From Candidatus Omnitrophota bacterium (GTDB lineage: Bacteria > Omnitrophota > Gorgyraeia > Velamenicoccales > JABMQK01), in assembly GCA_028711115.1 (NCBI GenBank), contig JAQTSV010000001.1, forward strand, positions 198,032-262,031: 64,000 bases of DNA, given 5' to 3'. The position numbers and the translations under genes were made by a program. Positions 56,401 through 64,000 of the stretch are shown piece after piece (the stretch's first letter is position 1; each line of letters opens with the position of its first letter). Below the pieces are notes generated by a model. That model saw only the letters and a list, made by a program, of their open reading frames with translations, made no database searches and was not told the origin of the DNA.

Positions 56401-56537
56401 TTGACAAATTAGGTTCTCTCTCTAATTACATTACTGTGCACTCTAATATTTTTGAGATAATTGCCAGGGCACAAGTTTTGGAACAGGAGAGAGTTGTCGC
56501 CAGTCAGGATATCAAGACAATCATCGAAAGAGAATAG
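53460..56537 (+). CDS. giant GspK/PilX-like minor pseudopilin with inserted lamin-tail domain, acidic Ca-binding-like stretch and three repeated modules
   Basis: The N-terminus NGQAIILVLSILGIVSLIGFSFL...YLAEAGINYAKEVL and the C-terminus ININTAPQQVLLSLPSIDEQAASVIINNRPF follow the GspK pattern. IRINELMVAP ... EYVELVNISKNTVDLSGWSL follow the LTD pattern. DDNGNNSSLERDLLDNDGDGSVDENNEGIDE is Asp-rich. Confidence 0.65.
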   Translation: MKIRNRKNGQAIILVLSILGIVSLIGFSFLSMSQMELKGATSYLARLQTKYLAEAGINYAKEVLTFDKEANNVDSYDELWNITFAGTDVDLSGDGSPDSKWFYVKDSQGNDIGRYAILVRDEAGKVNVNGDEAVLSKFFSSSGFGGETTVRKIIDYRYGEDKKPGAANTDDNGNNSSLERDLLDNDGDGSVDENNEGIDESEEFNVENPKGDDRPFVVIDELKKLKFLSSEDFKNTEKFLTVSSKDQEKNTEGGMRQNINYMKAEDILKIMLERGVSEPWQKSVNIVDSLDINFARATIYKHYNLLQTRPGQVIGSWAWNNSYYQCDIPGSQGSWSWNNLKFPDGEYYCYIYGLEDEPIGDVEIQGIVQQHMHSGDAFIKSEGRKVTIQGGSFSLSIQNNEEFGKMCYFARIELIPEDINSGSALLSKEIHGVEPIRINELMVAPKIARTTTSSNVPGGAWVWHGSLFINSDSESGTVGEGTWVFVNIPNGYYYLRLFGQEGKFIGDVEVNGRTQVSMRDGDYFTETKSVQVTSNQLVIRIQNNLKDKTCYFKSIVLSQQPDTEYVELVNISKNTVDLSGWSLETTGQEAAAAFIPQGTTIAPYDYLVLCVDKDDRADGIDSNNISFLNAWEVQKSVQLDFFKVLDKDFDFLKDVPVQGENYVMLKDVKGSIVDKAEYLSSQVVDYSSLERGDPTEQSDSNDDSEFDRWFLTSDLSGGTPGRVNNNASYIIDGFHNHNINEVWVRNSPALNISDLAYAPKGYTWKRFEFLEGKELELKLSDLSLLVDSLTVTGLFLSPQEHRVSGWSQTYGEKEGFYSNTFGEEGIWRWQNLENGEYFLTISGEFEEAVTVSYKKADGSWQMLAQGIIPNEEGLVYCGIIGIGENSLDGTADNTLEIQLANASQTNTAHFYYLRLDPLQYIIGRININTAPQQVLLSLPSIDEQAASVIINNRPFGNKDLLGRGIGDLFLTDIFGSSADKIDKLGSLSNYITVHSNIFEIIARAQVLEQERVVASQDIKTIIERE

Positions 56538-56747
56538 AACCTTCCCAGCTTTATCTAATCCGGAACATAAACTTCAACGCCAACCAATTGTTTAATTAAA
56601 TTTTTCTAGAATTATTCCAAAAACTCTGTACAAAAGGTTTATTTTGAAACAAAAATAACACTGTTTTTATGCTTTTAATCAGAACCAAAACTCTTTATAT
56701 ACCAAATATTTAGGTGAAATATACCGGTGGTTATTACATTATAAAAT

Positions 56748-56833
56748 ACTTACTTAGTTTTACCTAATTAGTTCATACCTTATTCATCTATATTATAAGG
56801 AACTTACTCAAATTTACCTAAGTACTTCATAGG
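56748..56833. promoter_or_regulatory. two imperfect 32-bp direct repeats in the 490-bp AT-rich spacer, followed by a promoter-like TTGACA-N17-TAAAAT (56874-56902)
   Basis: acttacttagttttacctaattagttcatacc (56748-56779) and acttactcaaatttacctaagtacttcatagg (56802-56833) are identical at 25 of 32 positions. The offset is 54 bp. Confidence 0.35.
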
Positions 56834-57028
56834 TGCTTAGGTGTTTTCAGGAAGTCTATTGTATAGATTTTTATTGACAAATATATACAAATACTATAAA
56901 ATTATATCAAATTTAGTTAAAGCTCATTTATTCTCAGGTTAATTCAATTTCTTCAATTTAATTAGGTTAATAGGATTCACTTAAATACCAATAATAATAT
57001 ATAAGTAATAAATGGTTGGAGGTGCAAA

Positions 57029-57220
57029 ATGATGGAAATGACAAACGAATATTTCTCTGCTAATGAAGCAGCACAGGCCTTGGGTATTTCCAAACAGACA
57101 CTGTTGAGGTATGAGAAGAAAAAGATTTTTCCTAAAGCCAAAAGGAGCCCCATCAATAAGCGGAGGGAATATACAGCCAGTGACATTGAGCTGTTTAGAA
57201 AAATTATGGGAAGAAGATAA
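57029..57220 (+). CDS. small MerR/excisionase-type HTH protein
   Basis: YFSANEAAQALGISKQTLLRYEKKKIFPKAKRSPINKRREYTASDIELF. Confidence 0.6.
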   Translation: MMEMTNEYFSANEAAQALGISKQTLLRYEKKKIFPKAKRSPINKRREYTASDIELFRKIMGRR

Positions 57221-57240
57221 GGGTAAAAGGAGCACTTTCT

Positions 57241-58857
57241 GTGCAAATCAATAATATAGTCGGACTAGATATAGGCGCAAAAAACATAAGGTTTGTAAAC
57301 CTCGCTTTAAGAGGTAGAGAGGTCGAACTCTTAAAGTTTGAAATTATAGAATTACCAGCCACCACCAACCAGTATGAAATCATAGATTTATTAAAACTCA
57401 TGTTCAGGAACCATCAATTAAAAACTGGCACACCTATTTGTTTGTCCGTATCAGCGGAGGAATCGTTCTTTAAAATAATTTCCGTTAAATTAAGAGGGAC
57501 AAAAAAATTCAAAGATATCGTTAAGGATGAATTAAGAAAGAATGTCGTCTTTTCTTTGGAGGATTGTCTTTGGGATTATTCTATACTCCGGAATAAACCC
57601 AAGGAGATGGTCAACGACGTTTTGTTGGTGGCATCAAGAAAAGAAACGGTTTTGGATAAAATAAAATTAATTGAGCAGGCCAATGGCTCGGTGTATCTGA
57701 TAAATCTGGATATTTTAGCCACATATAATTGTTTGAAATTCAATACAGCCCTTGCCAGCGGCAAGCTCTATGCGCTTTTAGATATTTTTTCGCAAAAGAC
57801 ACAGGTATTTATTTTTGACGATAAAGGAAGCTTCTGGATGAAGACTATACCTTTCGGTGGGAATAAATTCACAGAAGCCGTAGCTAAAAACATGAGTCTT
57901 TCTGTGAAAGAAGCCCAGGAATACATAAAGAGCATGTTACTTCAGGACAACTCAGCCTTAAAAAATGATGACATGGCCGGTCCTATCATGAAAGAAATTG
58001 CCGCAGAGGTGGACAAAACTTTCAATTACTACTATTTTCAGAGGACTGAGTCCGCAGCCAAAGAAACCCGCGCCTCTAAAATTGACGAGATATTCCTTAG
58101 CGGTGGCGGTTCGCTTTATCTGGGGCTGGATAAATTTTTGATGGATACATTAAAGATTCCTACCCGCTACCTTTATCCTTTGAATAAGATTTCGATAAAG
58201 AGCAAGGCAATTCTATCCAAAAAGAATATTTTAAATACTCAATCACCAGAACTTGCCACGGCGGTTGGCCTGGCCTTATGCGGCTTTAATATTTCTGAGA
58301 TAAAGATTAATCTGGCCAAGTCAACCAAGATAAGCGTCTTCAAAAAGATGAAGGTAATTCATATATATAATTTTCTTATCGCTTTGTGCGTGATCCTGTT
58401 GGTATTTTTGTTAACACAAAAAGTTGCCTTTGACAGAGAAAGCAAAGCCATAAACTCAAAATTAAAAGAAATGACGTTTATTTCCAAAGAGCAGATACCG
58501 CAGATAAACGACCTTACAGAAAAATACAAAATCATAGATTCCCGCATAGGTATTTTTAGGAATACCGTTAACAACAGAAATATAATCAGCCGTATTCTAT
58601 ATAAAATATCCGAAGTGATCTCTGATGATGTCTGGGTAACGAATTTTATGTTTAGTTTAGATTATCAAAGTAACGCAGGGGAATTAACCATCACGGGCAA
58701 CTCTAAAGACTACGCCGGAATAAATAAATTAATTTCCGGGCTGAAAGATACAGGTTACTTTAAATCCATAAAGCCGGTTTCCTCCAAGGTCAAGATCGAT
58801 GATGTGACAAAGCAGGAAATGGTTAATTTTATTATCAGGCTGGACATAGGAAAATAA
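57241..58857 (+). CDS. PilM-PilN fusion (actin-like pilus assembly ATPase fold plus TM/PilN-like C-terminus)
   Basis: VGLDIGAKNIRFV and LSGGGSLYLGLDKFL fit PilM. A TM (IYNFLIALCVILLVFLL) is followed by a periplasmic domain. GTG start with AGGAG 8 nt upstream. Confidence 0.7.
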   Translation: MQINNIVGLDIGAKNIRFVNLALRGREVELLKFEIIELPATTNQYEIIDLLKLMFRNHQLKTGTPICLSVSAEESFFKIISVKLRGTKKFKDIVKDELRKNVVFSLEDCLWDYSILRNKPKEMVNDVLLVASRKETVLDKIKLIEQANGSVYLINLDILATYNCLKFNTALASGKLYALLDIFSQKTQVFIFDDKGSFWMKTIPFGGNKFTEAVAKNMSLSVKEAQEYIKSMLLQDNSALKNDDMAGPIMKEIAAEVDKTFNYYYFQRTESAAKETRASKIDEIFLSGGGSLYLGLDKFLMDTLKIPTRYLYPLNKISIKSKAILSKKNILNTQSPELATAVGLALCGFNISEIKINLAKSTKISVFKKMKVIHIYNFLIALCVILLVFLLTQKVAFDRESKAINSKLKEMTFISKEQIPQINDLTEKYKIIDSRIGIFRNTVNNRNIISRILYKISEVISDDVWVTNFMFSLDYQSNAGELTITGNSKDYAGINKLISGLKDTGYFKSIKPVSSKVKIDDVTKQEMVNFIIRLDIGK

Positions 58858-58860
58858 TAA

Positions 58861-59940
58861 ATGCGTAAATATATTTTGATAATTTTAGTTTGTCTGGTAA
58901 TTATAGGTATTATTTTACGTATCCAGGGCAGAAGAACCATTGTTAATTTGAATAACGATTTTAAAAAACAGGAAGAACTGATCCGCAAATACCAAAATGA
59001 TACGGGTATAATCCCCGGCAGTGTGGCTATGGTAAAACTGAAAGAATCTATTTCTTCAAACGAAAAAGATTTCAGAAAAGTGCTGAGCCTGTTTGATACC
59101 GTGAAAAAAGATTTGCCCGCAGATGTCTCAGATAAAGGTATATATTTCTTTGAATCACTGCATACTTGTTTAAAAGAGCTGGAGAGGGAGGCCACAGCCA
59201 AAAAAATGATTTTGCCTCCGGTAGATTTTTCTGTAGACGTACCCCGGGAAGAAGATATTCCATATCTTTTAAAACAGATTGAAATGATACAAGACATTAT
59301 GGGAATAATATTGGATGCGGGAAAATGCGAAATAACCACCATACGCCCCAATCCCATTGACAAGACAAAAAAATTCCTTGATTTTGACAAGCTGGGTATC
59401 CAGATAATACTGAATATCGATTCCGATTCTTTAGCTAAGGTATTGTCAGATATGAACAGCCATGTGCCGCTTTATCTTATTGAGGAATTTTCTGCAAGTG
59501 TCATAGAGCAGAATAAACTAAAGGTCAGCCTCGTCGTCTCCAGGATCCTTACCGGCATATCAGTTGCAGATATAGGCGAATTTAAAAGTAAAGATAGTTT
59601 TGATTTAGATAGTCTTTACCCATTGGATTTGGATTTTAAATCATTCTCCAAGAGAAATCCGTTTTTTAGGAAACAACAGGAAGTTGCAAAAGACGCGGCT
59701 CTTGGTGGCTCTGCCGCAAAAGGAGCCAAAACTACTCCACAATTTACATATAAAGGCAATATGTTTATGGATAAAAAAACGATAGCAATCATAGAGGATA
59801 ATTGGCAGGGCAAGGCTTGTTTTGCCGCAGAAGGCGATGTTTGTTCAGGATATAAAGTTACAAAGATAGAAGGTAAAAGAGTTATTTTATCCAAAGATAA
59901 CCAGGAACTTATTTTACTAAAGGGAGCGAATAATGAATAG
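58861..59940 (+). CDS. PilO/PilP-like bitopic pilus alignment protein
   Basis: Has an N-terminal TM and a coiled-coil-like region. The C-terminal IAIIEDNWQGKACFAAEGDVCSGYKVTKIEGKRVILSK resembles PilP/GspC-type beta domains. Call based on position and pattern only. Confidence 0.4.
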   Translation: MRKYILIILVCLVIIGIILRIQGRRTIVNLNNDFKKQEELIRKYQNDTGIIPGSVAMVKLKESISSNEKDFRKVLSLFDTVKKDLPADVSDKGIYFFESLHTCLKELEREATAKKMILPPVDFSVDVPREEDIPYLLKQIEMIQDIMGIILDAGKCEITTIRPNPIDKTKKFLDFDKLGIQIILNIDSDSLAKVLSDMNSHVPLYLIEEFSASVIEQNKLKVSLVVSRILTGISVADIGEFKSKDSFDLDSLYPLDLDFKSFSKRNPFFRKQQEVAKDAALGGSAAKGAKTTPQFTYKGNMFMDKKTIAIIEDNWQGKACFAAEGDVCSGYKVTKIEGKRVILSKDNQELILLKGANNE

Positions 59941-62407
59941 AAAAATATCGATGGTAATGGTTATGGCAATTTTCGCTATTTTATTTTATTCAATTTATTT
60001 TACGAGTTATGCCTCGAGTGCAACCGGAACCAAGAGCGTGCTCAAGACAGCCATAGTTAATATGCATTGTGAGAGAGGCGTAAGACTATATAAGACAGGT
60101 AATTACGATAAGGCGATTGAGGAATTCATACGGGCGCTGGAGCTTGATCCTGGCAACGCAGGAGCCAAGAAATACCTTACGGCGTCAGTCAAGCAGAAAA
60201 ACAAAAAGATGATTGATCAGTTATATAAAGACGCAAGTATCTTTTTTCAAAAGAATGAATACGGTAAGGCCATAGAGGCCTATAAAAAGGTTTTGGAAAT
60301 TAAACCCAACGACAGTTACTCAATGTATAAAATAGAATCCTTAAACGCCGTTATCGAAAAAGAGGATAAGCTTAAGCAAAATGATCAGTATAAAGAATCG
60401 CAGCGCGCAAAAGAATTAGAAAAAGTAGCCAAGGAAAAGGCAGAAAAGGAACGCCTATTAAAACAGCAGGCAGAACAGATTGCTTCGGAGGTGGCGCGCA
60501 AAGAAAAAGCCAATCAGAAGGCAGAAATGCGCCAGATAAAAGAAAAGCAGATAAAAGAAATAGAGCAGATGATCAACGAGAAAATAGATGAAGGAAGCCA
60601 GGAAGAAGAGGCACCGGCTGAGGGTGCAGTTTCAGAAGGAAAATCTGTTTCTGCGCCAAAGGCCGGTCCAGCAGCTGCATCAGAATCTTCTCTGTCCAAG
60701 GAAGGAAGGGAGAGGTCGTATAAAATAAAATTGCTTTTTGAATTGGGCAAAAAGTATTATAATATGAGCCAGTACCGCAGAGCCATTGAAGCATTTCAGC
60801 AGGCGGTTGATTTGGAGGCCGGTTCTCCACTTATTTATACCGCGCAGGCAAAAGAATACATAGATAAGTCCAAAGATAAAATACGAGGTCAGATACGCCA
60901 GGATAAGGTCAGAGAGATAGAAGATATCGAGAACGAAATGATAAATAGAGTTATCGAGGCAGCGAAACTCCCCACCGAACCCATCTCCAGCACAATCACA
61001 AGAGATGTTATTGAGCCTACCATAGAAACTGTAGATATCCGCAAGAAAATGGTTTTACCTGTGGATATGGATTTTCAGGATGTTGATGTGGTTTATGTTT
61101 TGGATTATTTATCAGAAACCACCGGCGCAAATATTGTAATGTCCAGCGCCGTCACCAAAGGTAAACATACAGTAAGCGTAAAAATTAAAGACATGCCATT
61201 AGAAGAGGCCCTGAAGTATGTTTTAAAGAGTTCGGGCCTTACTTACCGTATTGATAAAAATGTGGTTTGGATAGCTACTCCCGAAGAGATGACTAATGAG
61301 CAGATGGAGACAAAAGTCTTTACGCTCAAAAAAGGCAAAGGCGCGTTTACCGAATTTAAATCAGCCACGACTGGCAGCGTAGGTTTGGGTTCCGCGGCAG
61401 ATGTGGATAAGGTAACCACAATTAAAGATATAATAGAAAAGGCCCTGACTTGGCCGTCGGGCGCAAAGATTGTGCTCGACGAAAGACTGGGTGCGCTGAT
61501 TGTTACCAATACGCCATATAATTTAGAGCTTGTGGAAAAAATCCTGGAGAAGATTGATGTTGAACCTATACAGGTTTTAATCGAGGCCCGTTTCTTAGAG
61601 ATAAGTGTCACCGACTTAAATGAATTAGGTATAGACTGGCAGATTAATTCTGCTCTTCCCATCGATAAAGCGCGCGGGGAAATGGTGCATGGTATAGCTG
61701 CAAATTCAGGAGTGAATTTTACCGATACTACCAGGCAGACAGAGGGTTTTAATTTTACTTATCAGGGTCTTTTGACAAAACCCCAATTCCAAGTTGTGCT
61801 GCATACTTTAGAAGAGTCGAAAAAAGTAAAAACGCTCTCTGCGCCACGCATCACTACTTTAGATAATCAGATGGCCACGATGAAAGTTGTTGACGAATGG
61901 ATATACCCCACGCGTTACGAGTTTCAGATTGTGCAGTTTGACTTAAACGGCGACGGAGATTTTGGCGACGCCAATGAAACATTATACAAAAATGTGCCTT
62001 CGGATTTTGTAAAGAGAGATGTGGGGATTTTATTGCGTGTAACTCCCAGCGTAGGGATGGATGATAATACCATTACGCTTACGCTCATCCCCGAGGTAAG
62101 CGATGGCACAGCAGGTTATTTTTCTTATACAGGAGATGTTAGCTTGCCGTTATTTACTTCCCGTAACCTCTCTACGTCCGTGGTGGTAAATAACGGTGAT
62201 ACCGTGGTTTTAGGGGGACTGATTAAAGAAACGCAGACAAAAGTCAGAACCAAAGTCCCTATTTTAGGAGACCTGCCGTGGGTGGGCGCAATTTTCAGAA
62301 AAGACACAGACAGTATTATGAGAAAAAATCTTTTAATATTTGTCACAGCCACGATTCTTTCCAGTAAAGGAGAAGGGGTTGCTTTAAATAAGACAGCGCC
62401 CAAATAA
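59933..62407 (+). CDS. secretin (PilQ/GspD family) with N-terminal TPR and Lys/Glu-rich coiled region
   Basis: Carries SAPRITTLDNQMATMKV, GDTVVLGGLI and VPILGDLPWVGAIFRKDT. N-terminal TPR units (YDKAIEEFIRALELDP, YGKAIEAYKKVLEIKP) are present. Confidence 0.85.
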   Translation: MNRKISMVMVMAIFAILFYSIYFTSYASSATGTKSVLKTAIVNMHCERGVRLYKTGNYDKAIEEFIRALELDPGNAGAKKYLTASVKQKNKKMIDQLYKDASIFFQKNEYGKAIEAYKKVLEIKPNDSYSMYKIESLNAVIEKEDKLKQNDQYKESQRAKELEKVAKEKAEKERLLKQQAEQIASEVARKEKANQKAEMRQIKEKQIKEIEQMINEKIDEGSQEEEAPAEGAVSEGKSVSAPKAGPAAASESSLSKEGRERSYKIKLLFELGKKYYNMSQYRRAIEAFQQAVDLEAGSPLIYTAQAKEYIDKSKDKIRGQIRQDKVREIEDIENEMINRVIEAAKLPTEPISSTITRDVIEPTIETVDIRKKMVLPVDMDFQDVDVVYVLDYLSETTGANIVMSSAVTKGKHTVSVKIKDMPLEEALKYVLKSSGLTYRIDKNVVWIATPEEMTNEQMETKVFTLKKGKGAFTEFKSATTGSVGLGSAADVDKVTTIKDIIEKALTWPSGAKIVLDERLGALIVTNTPYNLELVEKILEKIDVEPIQVLIEARFLEISVTDLNELGIDWQINSALPIDKARGEMVHGIAANSGVNFTDTTRQTEGFNFTYQGLLTKPQFQVVLHTLEESKKVKTLSAPRITTLDNQMATMKVVDEWIYPTRYEFQIVQFDLNGDGDFGDANETLYKNVPSDFVKRDVGILLRVTPSVGMDDNTITLTLIPEVSDGTAGYFSYTGDVSLPLFTSRNLSTSVVVNNGDTVVLGGLIKETQTKVRTKVPILGDLPWVGAIFRKDTDSIMRKNLLIFVTATILSSKGEGVALNKTAPK

Positions 62408-62596
62408 TTCGGGTATGAATATAATATGCCAAGTAAAATGTTGACTAAAATTACTGAAAAAATAATTCGTTTCAAGCAAAAATCGGAATTATTGTCTATT
62501 TATAATTTTTTATCGAAATTTACTTTGCTTTTAATTATTAATAATAAAAATTTAATAAATAGAATATTAACAAAAGAAGAAATATGGAGGTGTAAG

Positions 62597-64000
62597 ATGG
62601 TTAAGATTAATAATTATAAGAGAATAAGTTTCGTCATTTTCCTTATTTTGTTGTCGCTATTAATCAGCAATATATCTTTTGCAGCAATACCACGTTATTT
62701 ATCTATGCAGGCGAAAGTAAGCTTAAAGGACGGAACGCTCTTGAGCGGCAGCAAGTCCGTTACTTTCAGAATATATGATGCAGCCACAGGAGGAACGGCT
62801 TTATGGTCAGAGACGCAGACAGTTACATTTTCTAACGGCATACTCGACGCTGTCTTAGGCCTTACCACGGCTTTTCCTGCCACCATGACATTCAACACAG
62901 ATTATTGGCTGTCCATCGAAGTGGAATCCGATGGCGAAATGTCTCCACGCACACGCCTTACAGGTTCTCCTTTTGCATTTAATGCCGACCAGATTGATAA
63001 TTTGGATTCAACGCAATTAGTGCGTAATGATGCTGCCAATACACTCTCGGGAAATTTAACAGCCAATGCCAATGTAACCATTGGTGATGCAAGCTCGGAT
63101 ACATTCACTATTAATTCAGGTGTAATAAGTTTGGTAAATGCAGCCACGCTGGATTTGGTTAATTCTTCAGCCACTGCATTGAATATAGAATCAGGACTGC
63201 TTAATTTTGATACACAGAATTCCCGTATTGGTATCGGAACAACCGCGCCGGGATTCAAGTTAGATGTAGCAGGAACTTTGTCCGCAGACTCTGTTAATGT
63301 AAACGGCGCTTATACTCTGCCCACCACCGACGGAACCGCAGACTATGTCTTGAAAACTGACGGCGCAGGAACTGTTTCTTGGCAGGAAGAGTCAGGAGGC
63401 GCAGGTACTGGCGTTACTTCAATTACGGCAGGCGGAGGTTTAACAGGCAGCGACACAACCGGCGATGTAACTTTGGATGTGGGCGCAGGCACAGGCATAA
63501 CTGTCAATACTGATAATGTGGCAGTTAACACCGCGGTGGTTGCCACAACTGACAATACTCTTTCTATGTCCAACAAAACTCTTACTGAACCCAAGTTCAC
63601 GGGAAACGTTTTGTTACCCGGCTCAGGCATTTGGAATTCATCAGGCAATGTTGGTATCGGCACCACTAATCCTTCAGCAAAATTAGAAGTAGCAGGTGCT
63701 ATCAATGTAAACAGCGCATATACTCTGCCCACCACCGACGGAACCGCAAACTATGTTTTGAAAACCGACGGCGCAGGAACTGTTTCTTGGGCTGCAGATG
63801 CAAGCGGCACGGGAACAGTCACCTCGGTAGGTTTATCAGCTCCAACAGAATTTACAGTTTCCGGTTCGCCGGTAACTACCTCCGGAACTTTAACATTTAC
63901 CAAAAACACTCAGACAGCCAATTATGTTTATGCAGGTCCAGCTTCAGGCGCAGCAGCCCAGCCCACATTCAGGGCCCTTGTAGACGACGATATTATAAAT
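62597..64000 (+). CDS. tail-fibre-like repeat surface protein (3' end off-window; absent from ORF track because no stop is reached)
   Basis: GGAGG RBS and ATG at 62597. Signal peptide ...ISNISFA|A. The frame stays open for 468 codons to nt 64000. The repeated motifs GIGTTxPxxKL(D/E)VAG and AYTLPTTDGTA(D/N)YVLKTDGAGTVSW recur. Composition is rich in T, G, A and S. Confidence 0.6.
   Translation, partial: MVKINNYKRISFVIFLILLSLLISNISFAAIPRYLSMQAKVSLKDGTLLSGSKSVTFRIYDAATGGTALWSETQTVTFSNGILDAVLGLTTAFPATMTFNTDYWLSIEVESDGEMSPRTRLTGSPFAFNADQIDNLDSTQLVRNDAANTLSGNLTANANVTIGDASSDTFTINSGVISLVNAATLDLVNSSATALNIESGLLNFDTQNSRIGIGTTAPGFKLDVAGTLSADSVNVNGAYTLPTTDGTADYVLKTDGAGTVSWQEESGGAGTGVTSITAGGGLTGSDTTGDVTLDVGAGTGITVNTDNVAVNTAVVATTDNTLSMSNKTLTEPKFTGNVLLPGSGIWNSSGNVGIGTTNPSAKLEVAGAINVNSAYTLPTTDGTANYVLKTDGAGTVSWAADASGTGTVTSVGLSAPTEFTVSGSPVTTSGTLTFTKNTQTANYVYAGPASGAAAQPTFRALVDDDIIN

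Noticed and set aside
58755-59390. 211-aa minus-strand ORF
   Set aside because: It is antisense to the PilM-N and PilO/P-like genes and has low-complexity composition.
62695-63735. Three minus-strand ORFs (67, 118 and 130 aa)
   Set aside because: They are shadows of the long open plus-strand frame 62597-64000, which has an RBS, a signal peptide and repeated tail-fibre-like motifs.

Overview
AT-rich chromosomal segment from a diderm bacterium, shown by LptE, a BamD-like protein, Lnt, a secretin, SecA and MurJ. It is probably an uncultivated lineage, but taxonomy cannot be assigned without a database search. All calls rest on motifs read from the supplied translations and on hand inspection of the DNA. 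No similarity search was run.

Layout:
- (1) 1-10.4 kb, mixed core genes: a cNMP-binding/patatin fusion, a MoaA-like radical SAM, rlmN, a thioesterase, a Tat-signal AmmeMemoRadiSam-type radical SAM enzyme, a fused membrane/spermidine-synthase-like protein, and a GAF histidine kinase.
- (2) 10.44-29.13 kb, an integrative island of about 18.7 kb in tRNA-Leu(CAA). It is bounded by a 16-bp direct repeat. One end carries a mobility/replication module (tyrosine integrase, excisionase, PrimPol-helicase, MerR-like regulator, small serine recombinase). The other end is dense defence cargo: vsr plus two m5C methyltransferases plus an HNH restriction enzyme; a tightly packed SIR2-HerA-KTSC-Cas4-like nuclease operon; and an XRE/HNH pair with paired operators.
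- (3) 29.3-51.2 kb, core genes: tRNA-Ala, two tandem pilin genes, nfo, leuS, comEA, comEC, PilZ, BamD-like, lptE, holA, rpsT, murJ, uvrC, ogt, pilT, prfB, secA, lnt.
- (4) 51.3-62.4 kb, a type IV pilus / type II secretion-like cluster. It has pseudopilins, GspF/PilC, a 1025-aa GspK-like protein with an inserted lamin-tail domain and three repeated modules, a PilM-PilN fusion, a PilO/P-like protein and a TPR-secretin.
- (5) 62.6-64.0 kb, the 5' part of a repeat-rich tail-fibre-like surface protein that runs off the window.

Best candidates for something new: the four-gene SIR2-HerA-KTSC-nuclease operon, the giant LTD-bearing GspK-like tip pseudopilin, and the XRE/HNH/PH-like module. No CRISPR array, rRNA or transposase was seen.
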